Assembly (NCBI GenBank): GCA_963693055.1
Contig: OY843751.1
Location: 2,784,001-2,848,000 of the forward strand
Direction of reading: 5' to 3'
DNA: 64,000 nucleotides
Source: a bacterium
GTDB taxonomy: Bacteria; Zhuqueibacterota; Zhuqueibacteria; Residuimicrobiales; Krinioviventaceae
Shown here: positions 51,587 through 61,357 of the stretch, piece after piece
Numbering within the stretch: the stretch's first letter is position 1
Layout of the letters: every line of letters starts with the position of its first letter
Notes under the pieces: generated by a model
Seen by the model: only the letters and a program-made list of their open reading frames with translations
Databases searched by the model: none
Told to the model about the DNA's origin: nothing
Translations under genes and position numbers: made by a program

Positions 51587-53677
51587 ATGAAACGATCATT
51601 ATTAATTACAGGCCTTTGTCTGTTATTTATCACAATGCTTTCACAGCTTGCGGTTGCCAATACCAATGAAGCTTTTATGCGTATTGGACGGTTGTGGTCT
51701 ATTGCTGAATATGACGGTGCAGAAGGTTGGACTGCTCAATACGCCTGGCCAGGGGGACGTATTCGTTTCCCGGACTCGGATGTAAAAGAAATGTTTGGAG
51801 CTAATGTACGTAAGACTGGTACTTTGGCTGGATCAAAAAACTGGACCGGCCCCAATGATGAATTATTTGCATATTGGACATCTGGTATGTACCGTACTTA
51901 TGATTATGACTACCTTCCCTATTGGAAAGATCAGCAGGAATTGACTGCTTTGTATCCGGTAGATCAACAACTTATTCAACGTTGGGCACAACCTAATGTT
52001 GTTGTAAATGGCGTTGCCGTTGCTTCTGATGGTGGCGATGATTTTACTAAACTTCATACCAATACTATAGTTGATTCTGGACTTGTAACTGAAAGAGCTA
52101 TTCGCTCAATCTGGAGATACTCTATGGGTGTTGAATATGATCGTATGATGTACGGTTACAGCACTCCCGGTCATGAAGATTATGTATTGTATGATATCAA
52201 TCTTACAAACAATGGAAAAATCTACGGTTATCCTGATGCTGAAGGTGGCGGCCCGACAATTTGGCCCTATTCAGATTGGGCATGGCAATTAGAAGGCCAA
52301 AAAATTGAAGATTTCTGGTGGTCAATGACTATGGATCCCAGACCTTCTAATTTAGGTCAAAATTCATCTTTTGGTTCTTCTGATGCTGTTAGTGAATTTA
52401 TTGCACCATTTGCTGATGAAGGTAAAGAACGTGCCTTCTGTTTATTCTATGATGGCGATGGTGAAGGCGGTGTTGTTGACTGGGGCGATCCCGGTAGTAC
52501 CGATGAATGGGTAGAATTGTTATCCCCTGCTTTCATTATTCATGGTGCTTTGTATGCTGATGAAAGTCCTAAAAACCATGTTAATGATTGGACACAACCA
52601 AAATCTACTACAATCAGACACGAACGTGATTATGATTTAGGTAAAACACCTAAAACCATGGCAGATCAATACAATGCAATATTCGTTGAAGGACAACATT
52701 GGCCGTTGAATGTTTCACATCGTGAAATTGCTTCTGATATCAAAATTCCCAGTGGCTATAACTGTTTTGGTCCTTATGATTTTGATTATAATGAATCCAT
52801 CAATATTACCTATGTTGTTGCTGCAGGTGGTATTAACCATGATCTTTGTATTGAATGGGGTAAAAAAGCAAAAGAAGCCGATTATACAGGTCCGGTAATG
52901 GATGAGCTCAAACAAGCATTCTTTACAGGTCGTGATTCTGTATTGAAAACTCTTGATCTTGCAAACTGGAATGTAAACGGTGATAAAGGTAATCATGCAA
53001 AATATGATGTTCCTGATGCTCCTCGTCCACCGGCTAATTTTATAGTTGATACTGAAGGTGATGCAATTCGTTTGACATGGACTGATGAATCTGCTAAAGA
53101 AGCTGATTTTGACACTGGTGTTAACGATTTCGCTGGCTATCGCGTTTACAAAGCAGTAGGTGCTCGCGACAGTACTTATCGAGTTATATATGATGGCAAA
53201 GATCTTACATATCTTGATACTGCTGTATCTCCAGGTTTTCAATATTTTTATTATCTGGTTGCTTATGATGATGGTACTCAAAACTGGGAAAATCCTGGTG
53301 TTTCTCTTGAAAGTGGTAAATACTACTGTTGGACTGGCTGGGCACCAGAAGGTGCAAAACCGGCTGTTGCTCCAATTACTCAAGAGAGTAAGCTTGAAGA
53401 TATTCGGGTTATTCCAAATCCATACAGTGCTGCTGGTATGAATTTCCCGGGTGAAGAAGATAAAATCAGGTTTGCTGGATTACCTGGTGAATGTACTATC
53501 AGAATCTTTACCACAAATGGTGATTTTGTTCATGAAATCATTCATAACAATGGTGGTGGAGATGAAGACTGGAATCTCCGCACTGAAGACAACCAGTACA
53601 TTGTTAGTGATGTTTATGTTTATACAGTAGAGAGCGATTTAGGCGATCATGTTGGAAAATTCATCATTATCAGGTAA
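51587..53677 (+). CDS. Secreted protein with FN3-like domain and T9SS-like C-terminal domain
   Basis: Signal peptide; P.PP...LTW...FAGYRVYK; IRVIPNPY...F.GLP..CTIRIFT.NG...WNL. Confidence 0.75.
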   Translation: MKRSLLITGLCLLFITMLSQLAVANTNEAFMRIGRLWSIAEYDGAEGWTAQYAWPGGRIRFPDSDVKEMFGANVRKTGTLAGSKNWTGPNDELFAYWTSGMYRTYDYDYLPYWKDQQELTALYPVDQQLIQRWAQPNVVVNGVAVASDGGDDFTKLHTNTIVDSGLVTERAIRSIWRYSMGVEYDRMMYGYSTPGHEDYVLYDINLTNNGKIYGYPDAEGGGPTIWPYSDWAWQLEGQKIEDFWWSMTMDPRPSNLGQNSSFGSSDAVSEFIAPFADEGKERAFCLFYDGDGEGGVVDWGDPGSTDEWVELLSPAFIIHGALYADESPKNHVNDWTQPKSTTIRHERDYDLGKTPKTMADQYNAIFVEGQHWPLNVSHREIASDIKIPSGYNCFGPYDFDYNESINITYVVAAGGINHDLCIEWGKKAKEADYTGPVMDELKQAFFTGRDSVLKTLDLANWNVNGDKGNHAKYDVPDAPRPPANFIVDTEGDAIRLTWTDESAKEADFDTGVNDFAGYRVYKAVGARDSTYRVIYDGKDLTYLDTAVSPGFQYFYYLVAYDDGTQNWENPGVSLESGKYYCWTGWAPEGAKPAVAPITQESKLEDIRVIPNPYSAAGMNFPGEEDKIRFAGLPGECTIRIFTTNGDFVHEIIHNNGGGDEDWNLRTEDNQYIVSDVYVYTVESDLGDHVGKFIIIR

Positions 53678-53734
53678 TTCGTTATGGCAGATAATGAATC
53701 TGTCATTTAAAATATTGAAACGGAGGCAAACCTC

Positions 53735-54754
53735 ATGAAGAAACTTTTTGTTTTATTTATTATACTATGTCTGTTCATGACAACGCAGCCGTCATTTGCC
53801 AAAATGCAAAAAACAGGTCAAGCAGGTATGACCTTTTTACGAGTTGGCGGTAGCGCACGGGCTTCTGGCATGGCGGATGTTTTCACCTTTGCAAAAGGTG
53901 ATTTGGCTAGCGTATTCTATAATCCGGCAGGTTTAGCGACTGTTGATGGAGCAGCTTTCTTTTTCAACAATACCAGTTGGATTGCGGATATGAATCTTTC
54001 ACACATGGCAGTATCTTATGATGCTGATACATGGGGTGTATTCGCACTTTCTTTTTCATCAATCGATTACGGTGATATCAATGGTACAGCAATTTCCACA
54101 ACTGATGCCAGAGGTTATACTGATATTAGTGTTGGTGATGTTGGTGGTATGGCGATTGGATTGTCATATGGTATTCAAATGACCGATAAATTTTCAATTG
54201 GTGGTACAGCAAAATTCATCAATCAGGCTTTAGGCCAGAATGATACTTATGTAGCTGATCTTTTGGAAACACCAGGAAAAGAAAACAAAATTGATTGTTT
54301 TGGTTTTGATTTTGGTACCATGTATGATACCGGCATTCGTAGCTTGGTATTGTCTATGTCCATTCAAAATTATTCAGGACAACAATTATACGAAAATGAG
54401 GAATTTCAACTTCCTCAAACTTATCGTATAGGAATTTCCGGTAATCTTTTTGAATTGTTACCATTGGGTGTTGAAAACCAACAATTAACTGTTGCACTTG
54501 AAGGCGTTGACCAACCAGACCGTGAAGAATTTCTGGCCACTGGTATGGAGTACAATTTACTCAACATGATTGACTTGCGCGCTGGTTACAATTTCCAAAG
54601 ACGCCAGGACAATGTTGGTGGATTAAACGCAGGTGTAGGTTTTAAATTGGAAAGCTTTAATCTTCCTTTTAATGGTAGATTTGATATTTCTTATAGCGAT
54701 TTTGGTAGCGTTTTTGATGACGTTATTCGCTTCTCAATTCAAGGTTCCTTTTAA
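53735..54754 (+). CDS. PorV/PorQ family outer-membrane beta-barrel
   Basis: FL.VG.SARA.GMA, FYNPAGL, DFG, LRAGY; C-terminal Phe. Confidence 0.85.
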   Translation: MKKLFVLFIILCLFMTTQPSFAKMQKTGQAGMTFLRVGGSARASGMADVFTFAKGDLASVFYNPAGLATVDGAAFFFNNTSWIADMNLSHMAVSYDADTWGVFALSFSSIDYGDINGTAISTTDARGYTDISVGDVGGMAIGLSYGIQMTDKFSIGGTAKFINQALGQNDTYVADLLETPGKENKIDCFGFDFGTMYDTGIRSLVLSMSIQNYSGQQLYENEEFQLPQTYRIGISGNLFELLPLGVENQQLTVALEGVDQPDREEFLATGMEYNLLNMIDLRAGYNFQRRQDNVGGLNAGVGFKLESFNLPFNGRFDISYSDFGSVFDDVIRFSIQGSF

Positions 54755-54782
54755 TGATTATAGAAGGAATTTAGTTCTACCC

Positions 54783-54813
54783 AAAGCCCTGTCTTTTGAC
54801 AGGGCTTTTTTTT
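54783..54813 (+). terminator. Intrinsic terminator
   Basis: AAAGCCCTGTC-tttt-GACAGGGCTTTTTTTT. Confidence 0.85.
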
Positions 54814-56446
54814 ATTCTAAATCCAGTACTGGCAAAATTATACGAGATGGTGTATCTTTACCATAAAACAATGTTTGTGTCGACTTTAATATATTAGTTG
54901 CCTTAAATAATGGTTCACCTGAATTCAAATTACGGTTAAATCTGGGAAACCAGGATGATGTAACAACCACTCTTATTTGATGTTTAGGATTAATTTGATA
55001 TCCTGTTGCCCATAAAGAAATATCAACTTTGCGTGTTTCTGGCGCTTTAGGATCACTAAAAATTCTAGCTCCTCCCTCCTGTATATTCAATATCTTTCCA
55101 TCGGGAAATACATCTTGTAAACATACAACAATATCTGTACTGGGTACATCGGTTTTTACAAACAATTCAGCATTAATTGGACCTAATAATATCAAAGCAG
55201 AATCTACAGGATTTGTTACAAAAGCCAGTTGGTCTTTACGTTCAATATTGTTGTTTTGCCAGGCCGGTCCAACATCTGTACCTATAATTGTCCCTCCTAA
55301 TGAAGGATACGGATCAGAAGGATCATAATTCCAAGTATATTTACCGCCAGCATTTGATTCTAGTAAAAAAGAATTGTTATCACCAAAATTAAGATTACTA
55401 AATTCAACATCTATCGGTGGCCATTGATTAAAAGAATACCATTCATTACGCTGCATTATAAAAGCATGAAATGGCTTTTCTTCAAATGGAGGTTGTATTA
55501 TATCAACTTTTCTATTTAACATATATTTATCAACCAATCTGTTCAAAACAGGAGCGACGACTTTACCATAATCTGCATTATCACCAAATTCAACTTTTGC
55601 TGCAAATGAACCATGTGCCCAGGGGCCTATAAATAAATAGCTATCTGAATTTCGTCTAGAACCCAGTGCTATAAAATCCATTATTTGGGGCATTAAAAAA
55701 ATATCATACCAACCTGCTGCAGCAAAAACAGGCATGCTGTATTCTCCTCTGTGGTCAATCTTGCCCCAATATGTATCATAATATTCATGAGATAACCAGT
55801 CGTCTGTAAATGGATTATTTTTTAAAGTAGAATCATCTGCAGCGGATAATGGTAGGTAATAATAACTCTGTTCCATTTTTTCAGGACTTATTGCATTCAC
55901 AGTTTTAGAATCAACCAATAAACCCCACCGAAAAGCCAAACCCAGAGACATTAATCCATCAGGATACAATGCATCATACATATTTGCTGTTGTAAATATG
56001 GGTGAAATCATGTCAAGCTGATCTGCTACAGCCCATTGAGTATATCCCAAATAACTTCCGCCCCATCCACATATTTTGCCGTTTGACCAGGATTGTTCTC
56101 GAATCCATTCAATTGTTTTAGAACCATCAGATCTATCATTTTTAAACGGATAAAACGTTCCGTTTGAACCAAATTTACCACGGATATCCTGACACACAAC
56201 CGCATATCCTTTTTCAATAAACTTTTCTGGCTCTTTTTTTATATTCTCTCGCCCATATGGAGTGAGATATAAAATACATGGAAACTGTCCTATTGAATCT
56301 GGTAAATAAACATCAGTTGCAAGCTTTATAGAATCACCAATACTGATGTATTCAATTGTTTTAAACATACTCCAACCCGGCGAAACAAATAAAAAAAGCA
56401 TACCAAACAAACTACAAGCAGTTACTACAAATTTTATTCTTGTCAT
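54812..56446 (-). CDS. CocE/NonD family serine hydrolase
   Basis: LATDVYLP, TPYGR, QDIRG, GGSYLG, GWYD, IGPWAH, FPRFNRN.N. Confidence 0.9.
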   Translation of the reverse strand: MTRIKFVVTACSLFGMLFLFVSPGWSMFKTIEYISIGDSIKLATDVYLPDSIGQFPCILYLTPYGRENIKKEPEKFIEKGYAVVCQDIRGKFGSNGTFYPFKNDRSDGSKTIEWIREQSWSNGKICGWGGSYLGYTQWAVADQLDMISPIFTTANMYDALYPDGLMSLGLAFRWGLLVDSKTVNAISPEKMEQSYYYLPLSAADDSTLKNNPFTDDWLSHEYYDTYWGKIDHRGEYSMPVFAAAGWYDIFLMPQIMDFIALGSRRNSDSYLFIGPWAHGSFAAKVEFGDNADYGKVVAPVLNRLVDKYMLNRKVDIIQPPFEEKPFHAFIMQRNEWYSFNQWPPIDVEFSNLNFGDNNSFLLESNAGGKYTWNYDPSDPYPSLGGTIIGTDVGPAWQNNNIERKDQLAFVTNPVDSALILLGPINAELFVKTDVPSTDIVVCLQDVFPDGKILNIQEGGARIFSDPKAPETRKVDISLWATGYQINPKHQIRVVVTSSWFPRFNRNLNSGEPLFKATNILKSTQTLFYGKDTPSRIILPVLDLE

Positions 56447-56660
56447 TTTTAATCCTTGAAATAGTTTATGGATGTTTTTGATAAAACAATCATACAAGTA
56501 GATTTATTTTGTTTAAAAATATATGAATAATTTTTATATTTATTCAAATCAATTTAATCTTGAAAGTAAAAATTTAAATAAATTCTTCAAAAAGCTTTAT
56601 TGAAATTAAACTCAAAAAAAAACAATTTCTTACTTTTGTATATTTTTTTAATTATTAGCT

Positions 56661-57008
56661 TTGGGGGTTACTTTCCATGCTCAAGATTCTGATATGGTAT
56701 TCGTTAAAGGTGGATGGTTTACTATTGGAATCGATAGTGGTAGTTTTGATGAACAACCTGCTCATAAAGTATTTATTAATGATTACTCTATTGTTAAATA
56801 TAAAGTCACCAATAAACAATATTGTGATTTTTTAAACTCAAAAGGAAATCAGATTGAATATGGAAAAAACTGGTTGGATATGGATTTTTCAAGTTGCAGA
56901 ATTGAATTGGTTGATGATATTTATAGACCCAAAAAAGGATTTGATGAGCATCCTGTTATTAAGGAATTCAATTTTGTTATCAATCATTTAAACCAAGTCC
57001 TTTCATGA
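56661..57008 (+). pseudogene. Truncated formylglycine-generating-enzyme (FGE/SUMF1) domain fragment
   Basis: MVFVKGG.F..G.....DEQPAH.V......KY.VTN.QY..FLN...HPV, then ends with no C-terminal half. Confidence 0.65.
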
Positions 57009-57594
57009 TACGTGGAATTGATTTTTCTATTCTTGAAATACGGGTTTGGGTTTGTTTTGCCGAAGAAAAATATATCGAGTACCCCCTTTGTCTTCCTGGC
57101 GTTAATGATTCAAATGCTTGTTTAAAAATCGGATCGTTATCAAACATTTCTTGTAATTCATTTATAATTACAATATTAGATTTTTTCTCTATATTTAATC
57201 CGGATTTTTCAATTTCAATAGCTTCATTAATAAATGATTTAACAATGGGTTCATTTTCTATAATTTGCTCAATGTTATTAAAACGAAATTGACGGACGGA
57301 TTGAGAATTTTCACCGGGAGCGGTTAATAAATTGTTGGCATCTTTAATTAACACACCTTTAAAAAATCCTAAAGAACAAAATTCTTTAAATGCGCTTAAT
57401 AAAATTACATTCTTATTATTTAAAGTATAACAGGGTACCCCCCATTTCACATCTTCTTTTAATTCAGATTGCAAAAGTATATTTCGTAAATATTTCAACT
57501 CGTTTTGCCAGTAAAGTGTTTTGCATTTTGGCGTCTTCCAATATTCACAACGTCCACACCCCTCTTTAATATATATATCAACTTTTGAATTCAT
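56980..57594 (-). CDS. YdeI/OmpD-associated family protein
   Basis: KWGVPCY, FFKG, FESLTPGRQRGY...AKQ..TR..RI. Confidence 0.85.
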   Translation of the reverse strand: MNSKVDIYIKEGCGRCEYWKTPKCKTLYWQNELKYLRNILLQSELKEDVKWGVPCYTLNNKNVILLSAFKEFCSLGFFKGVLIKDANNLLTAPGENSQSVRQFRFNNIEQIIENEPIVKSFINEAIEIEKSGLNIEKKSNIVIINELQEMFDNDPIFKQAFESLTPGRQRGYSIYFSSAKQTQTRISRIEKSIPRIMKGLGLND

Positions 57595-57739
57595 ATTTAA
57601 CCTTACTTAAAAAGTCATAAAATAAATCAACAAAAGTAGAATAATTTTTCTTTCAATTTAATTGAAAAATTTATTAATTTCGAACACAGCGAACAGTCAT
57701 ACCGGATTGTTAACAAAGACTTTAATTTTTCACACCCTA

Positions 57740-58158
57740 TTTACATGTGATTTTTCTATTATTAGTGTTCTATCAATTTCAAATAATCTGCCAGAGCAAC
57801 ATACACACCAGCCGTCCATCCCCATCATACCAGGAGATTCATACTCTGCATTCGAAAGTTTCCCTGTCTCGGTATCTGTTTTTCAAGTTTTCCATACTGC
57901 AGAAAAATGTCGGTGTTCACTTTAATGAATTTATTAGCAATTCTTTCTGATTCAGCTTTGTAATTATATTTATCCAAAGCCATCACTACTAGCTTCATCT
58001 TTATAAAGACTACGATCCCAATTGGCGTAAATATAGTCTAAAACCTTTTCAATATCCTTATCAGAAAAAGATTTTAGGCTGGCATTTAAAATATTTGGTG
58101 CAGTTAATAGTAAAGCTGCTCCTTTTGATATACTTTCAATAAACGTTCTTCTGTTCAT
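57740..58158 (-). pseudogene. Remnant of a Tat-exported trehalase-like (GH37) gene with a large internal deletion
   Basis: MNRRTFI Tat N-terminus; a frameshifted C-terminal GKL.EK..TG....EYESPGMMG/WTAGVY lies within 300 bp. Confidence 0.5.
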
Positions 58159-58205
58159 TGTGACCTTGATTATAGTAAGTTGTAAAAAAATAGGTTGGTA
58201 TTAAC

Positions 58206-58242
58206 AAAAAAAGCCTGAATTCAACATATTGAATACAGGCTT
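58206..58242 (-). terminator. Terminator downstream of the tRNA-Pro(GGG) fragment
   Basis: AAGCCTG.ATTCAA...TTGAAT.CAGGCTT followed by a T-tract on the minus strand. Confidence 0.75.
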
Positions 58243-58244
58243 CT

Positions 58245-58291
58245 AGTCGGGGCGAGAAGATTTGAACTTCCGACCCCTTGACCCCCAGTCA
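58245..58291 (-). mobile_element. tRNA-Pro(GGG) 3' fragment, att boundary of a prophage-like element
   Basis: Minus strand TGACTGGGGGTCAAGGGGTCGGAAGTTCAAATCTTCTCGCCCCGACT; 5' half absent; gene style changes abruptly beyond it. Confidence 0.8.
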
Positions 58292-58423
58292 GCCCGTTTT
58301 TATTGGCTCAATTCATTGTTTTTAATTAAAATATGCAAATATTGAAATGTTCAAAATTCCTTAAATGTTCCTATATGCCCCCTATGCGCCCCCTTTTGTG
58401 CTATGGCGTATAAGTGGCATGCT

Positions 58424-58924
58424 CTAAACCCCCGCCTTTATGGTTTGTTCTCTGAAAATATCAAGTAACTCATTAACCCGGTTAATATCACAATTATTGA
58501 TCTCTTGCGCTTTTTCCTTGAGTGAATCGGTTTCCTTGTCAAGTCTGGCTTTTTCGTTTTCAATCTCAAGTAGGCGGTATAAAACCCCCTCAAAGGTGCG
58601 ATAATGCCCTGACAACTTGAGCAATTCAGATTCAATAAAATTAGCAAAACGAATATCATAATTATTTAAAATATTTTTGCTTTGTTCTAGTAATTCTGGT
58701 TCAATGGAAACCGTTAATTTTATTTTGTCTTTGCTACCTGCTGTTGCCGCTTTAACTGTAGGTAAGTTTTCATAATTAACTAACATCAATAATTTGCTTT
58801 CAATAAATTTACTATATGATGTTTTTGGGGTTTCGTCTAATACTTCTTTTGCATCCCTTACAGCTTTTCGATCAAGCCACAAAGTAACCCTTTTTTTATT
58901 TGTGAAACTACTACTCATATTCAA
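58424..58924 (-). CDS. Putative DNA-binding protein with two ribbon-helix-helix-like repeats and a coiled coil
   Basis: KKRVTLWLD...AK.VL...SYSKFIESKL repeated as KIKLTVSIE...SK.IL...FANFIESEL. Confidence 0.55.
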   Translation of the reverse strand: MNMSSSFTNKKRVTLWLDRKAVRDAKEVLDETPKTSYSKFIESKLLMLVNYENLPTVKAATAGSKDKIKLTVSIEPELLEQSKNILNNYDIRFANFIESELLKLSGHYRTFEGVLYRLLEIENEKARLDKETDSLKEKAQEINNCDINRVNELLDIFREQTIKAGV

Positions 58925-59297
58925 AAACCTTTTTTTATTTTTTTACTTGCTTTTCGTCAATATTAGCCGTAACTTATTTTAACCCTTAAAGTTATTTTTC
59001 TTAATCATTTAAAGCCCCCGCAACCCTCTTGCTGGGGCTTTTTGATTTATTTTCAACCTGGGGTATTATTGTAATTTTACTTTATTAGATTTCACTGGTC
59101 ACAATTTCTATGATCTTCTGAAAAATTGGGTTGCTGCCTATTTGATTTTCAATAGTTTGTTAAGTTATTTTCTTAATCACTTTTATCTTATCTCCCTAAC
59201 TATTAAGGTATAATATGCATTGTTCAAAAATCAATATCAAGAGTTTTTTATTATTTTTGAAATGATTAAGGCCCCAATATTTCCGGGCCTTAATCAT

Positions 59298-59498
59298 TTA
59301 ATTTAAATACCCAAGTAAATCTTTACGCTGTTTATTTTCAACAGCACTATAAGAATATTTATGCCTATAGCTTGACGGGTGTTGAATACTATACCATATT
59401 TTCAAAGCATCAATTGTATTATCCGCTTCCACATAAGCGATTTCGATTAAGCAATTAACATCACTACTTTCATAAATGTTATAAATTCGATTTTTCAT
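59298..59498 (-). CDS. Small hypothetical phage protein
   Basis: GAGGG SD; flanked by GC hairpins. Confidence 0.5.
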   Translation of the reverse strand: MKNRIYNIYESSDVNCLIEIAYVEADNTIDALKIWYSIQHPSSYRHKYSYSAVENKQRKDLLGYLN

Positions 59499-59548
59499 AG
59501 TTTAGCCCTCATTTTATATATGCCACGGACAACTCCGGGGCGGTCAAA

Positions 59549-59776
59549 TTAACACCAACCACTAACCCACAGGGCATTAATGCCCGGCTCCTCAAAATCT
59601 ACGTCTGTAGTATAACCTTGACCGTCAATGATTTTTTTCAATTCATTTATTGCTTGTTCTGTTTCATGGAAAAAACCAATTTCTTTACCCAAAATATTTA
59701 CATCAAAATCAATACCAGTAAAATTTTTTGTTGCCTGTTTCATCTGGTTAATTAATTCTTGTCTTGTTTTTTTCAT
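59549..59776 (-). CDS. Small hypothetical phage protein
   Basis: GAGGG SD before MKKTRQ; downstream of the promoter/operator at 59805-59852. Confidence 0.55.
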   Translation of the reverse strand: MKKTRQELINQMKQATKNFTGIDFDVNILGKEIGFFHETEQAINELKKIIDGQGYTTDVDFEEPGINALWVSGWC

Positions 59777-59804
59777 TTTCAAGCCCTCTTTGTTTGTTTT
59801 GTTT

Positions 59805-59852
59805 CCCTTAATCATTAAGGGATAATATACAGTAATTAGATATTAATGTCAA
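59805..59852 (-). promoter_or_regulatory. Promoter with palindromic operator (copy of the phage cassette motif)
   Basis: TTGACA-N17-TATATT followed by CCCTTAATGATTAAGGG. Confidence 0.75.
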
Positions 59853-59904
59853 GCGTTTTTTTACTTTTTTTACAAATAAAAAAGCCCCTTTTCAGGGGCC
59901 AGGT

Positions 59905-60306
59905 TTAATATACATATTTAACTTTATATTTTTCTTTAATTTTTTCTTTTAATAAACGAGTCTCTGTAATGTATGGGAATAAATATTCCATTCTAGTTTT
60001 AATGTCTGGAAATATATCCCTGTTTTCATTACAATATTCAACCGCTTTTCGTTCTGCTTTAACCTGCTTTGATCTCCTGTAAATTCGTCTTGTGAGTTTT
60101 TGTAAATATTTTTCTCTATCATTTAATTGTGTTTTAAATTCTTTTACTGTAATTCTTAAAAGTTTAGCGGCACAAGTTGTACCGTATGGAAAAATTTCAC
60201 CGGTTTCATTATTTTTAAGCCATACAACCCGTTTTAATTCCTGTTTGTTGCACAATGTGCAATATGTAGCGTCATCATTAATACCTAATATTTTATATTG
60301 TTTCAT
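59905..60306 (-). CDS. Hypothetical phage protein with a Cys motif (C..C...GTTCA)
   Basis: GAGGG SD; possible zinc-binding cysteines. Confidence 0.55.
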   Translation of the reverse strand: MKQYKILGINDDATYCTLCNKQELKRVVWLKNNETGEIFPYGTTCAAKLLRITVKEFKTQLNDREKYLQKLTRRIYRRSKQVKAERKAVEYCNENRDIFPDIKTRMEYLFPYITETRLLKEKIKEKYKVKYVY

Positions 60307-60350
60307 TGTTAAACCCTCAAGTTATGGCCCCCTGTGGGGGCCGGTTATAT

Positions 60351-60539
60351 TTAATGTATTTCTGTTGGTGTTGTTGGGATTTGACCATCATATCTTGAAC
60401 CATTAAAAAACTTTACAGCCCCGGAAAATGTTTTATATTCTTTTGATTTGGTTGTGGTCATTGCTGTAAAAATTCCGCCTTGCTCTTTAATTCCGATAAA
60501 GCTGTTTAATGTGTTGTTGTTTGCTTCGTACAATTTCAT
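60351..60539 (-). CDS. Small hypothetical phage protein
   Basis: AAGGG SD; first gene after the promoter at 60568-60614. Confidence 0.5.
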   Translation of the reverse strand: MKLYEANNNTLNSFIGIKEQGGIFTAMTTTKSKEYKTFSGAVKFFNGSRYDGQIPTTPTEIH

Positions 60540-60567
60540 TGTTAAACCCTTTTTTTTATTTTGTTTT

Positions 60568-60703
60568 CCTTAATCATTAAGGTAAAATATACAACAATTG
60601 GTAATTAATGTCAAGCGTTTTTTTACTATTATTTTAAAAAAAAATAAATTTTTTCCTTGACATTTAATTCCAGATATATTATATTATACCTTAATGATTA
60701 AGG
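60568..60703. promoter_or_regulatory. Divergent promoter pair, each with the CCTTAATGATTAAGG palindrome at the start site
   Basis: Minus: TTGACA(60614)-N17-TATATT, palindrome 60568-60582; plus: TTGACA(60657)-N17-TATATT(60680), palindrome 60689-60703. Confidence 0.8.
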
Positions 60704-60732
60704 GAATTAACATAACAAAGGAAAGGGTTAAC

Positions 60733-60945
60733 ATGGAAAACGATTCACTCAAAAGCCTTAAATTAATTGCTGAACGCTTTACAGGTGAACAATTTCAAAT
60801 TAAACTGCAAAGTGACGGCTTGCATTTTACATGCAAAGAACCCGTTTCATTATTTACTTTACAGAAAGTATTGTTTGAAATGGGTTACCAAGCAACAATT
60901 CAGTTTAATAAGAAAGGAAAACAATTTTTGTTATTGCCGTTTTAA
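60733..60945 (+). CDS. Small hypothetical phage protein
   Basis: AAGGG SD; followed by terminator AAAAGCCCCGA...TCGGGGCTTT. Confidence 0.5.
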   Translation: MENDSLKSLKLIAERFTGEQFQIKLQSDGLHFTCKEPVSLFTLQKVLFEMGYQATIQFNKKGKQFLLLPF

Positions 60946-61044
60946 TTGTAAAAAGCCCCGATTTTTTCGGGGCTTTAAAAAAGGGTTGTAATTATAAAAA
61001 AAAATGATAACATTAAAATCATTAATTAAAATGAGGGTTAAACC

Positions 61045-61242
61045 ATGGAAACAATGACTTGCGTTGATGAATTATTAGAAACATCATTTAAAAAAATCTA
61101 CAACTATGACAAAGAAATACTTGATCTCGAAATTAAACGGGCAAAAGCAATAAAACTAGAATCAGAATTGAGTGAAATTTCTGTAGATGAATTTGAGCAA
61201 AGATATAAAAACTACATCAAAGAAAAAGGAATATCAAAATAA
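61045..61242 (+). CDS. Small hypothetical phage protein
   Basis: GAGGG SD; followed by hairpin CCCCCCGG...CCGGGGGG. Confidence 0.5.
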   Translation: METMTCVDELLETSFKKIYNYDKEILDLEIKRAKAIKLESELSEISVDEFEQRYKNYIKEKGISK

Positions 61243-61357
61243 AAAATACCCCCCGGTTTAATTCTTTTATTAATCCGGGGGGATTATATTTAAAAAGTAT
61301 TTTTGATTTTTACCCTTTTTAAAAACTTTTTAACCCCATCCTATCCCCTTGATTTAT

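Noticed and set aside
4537-57950. Numerous 60-220 aa ORFs antisense to or overlapping long genes
   Set aside because: Shadow ORFs with no motifs, overlapping well-supported CDSs.
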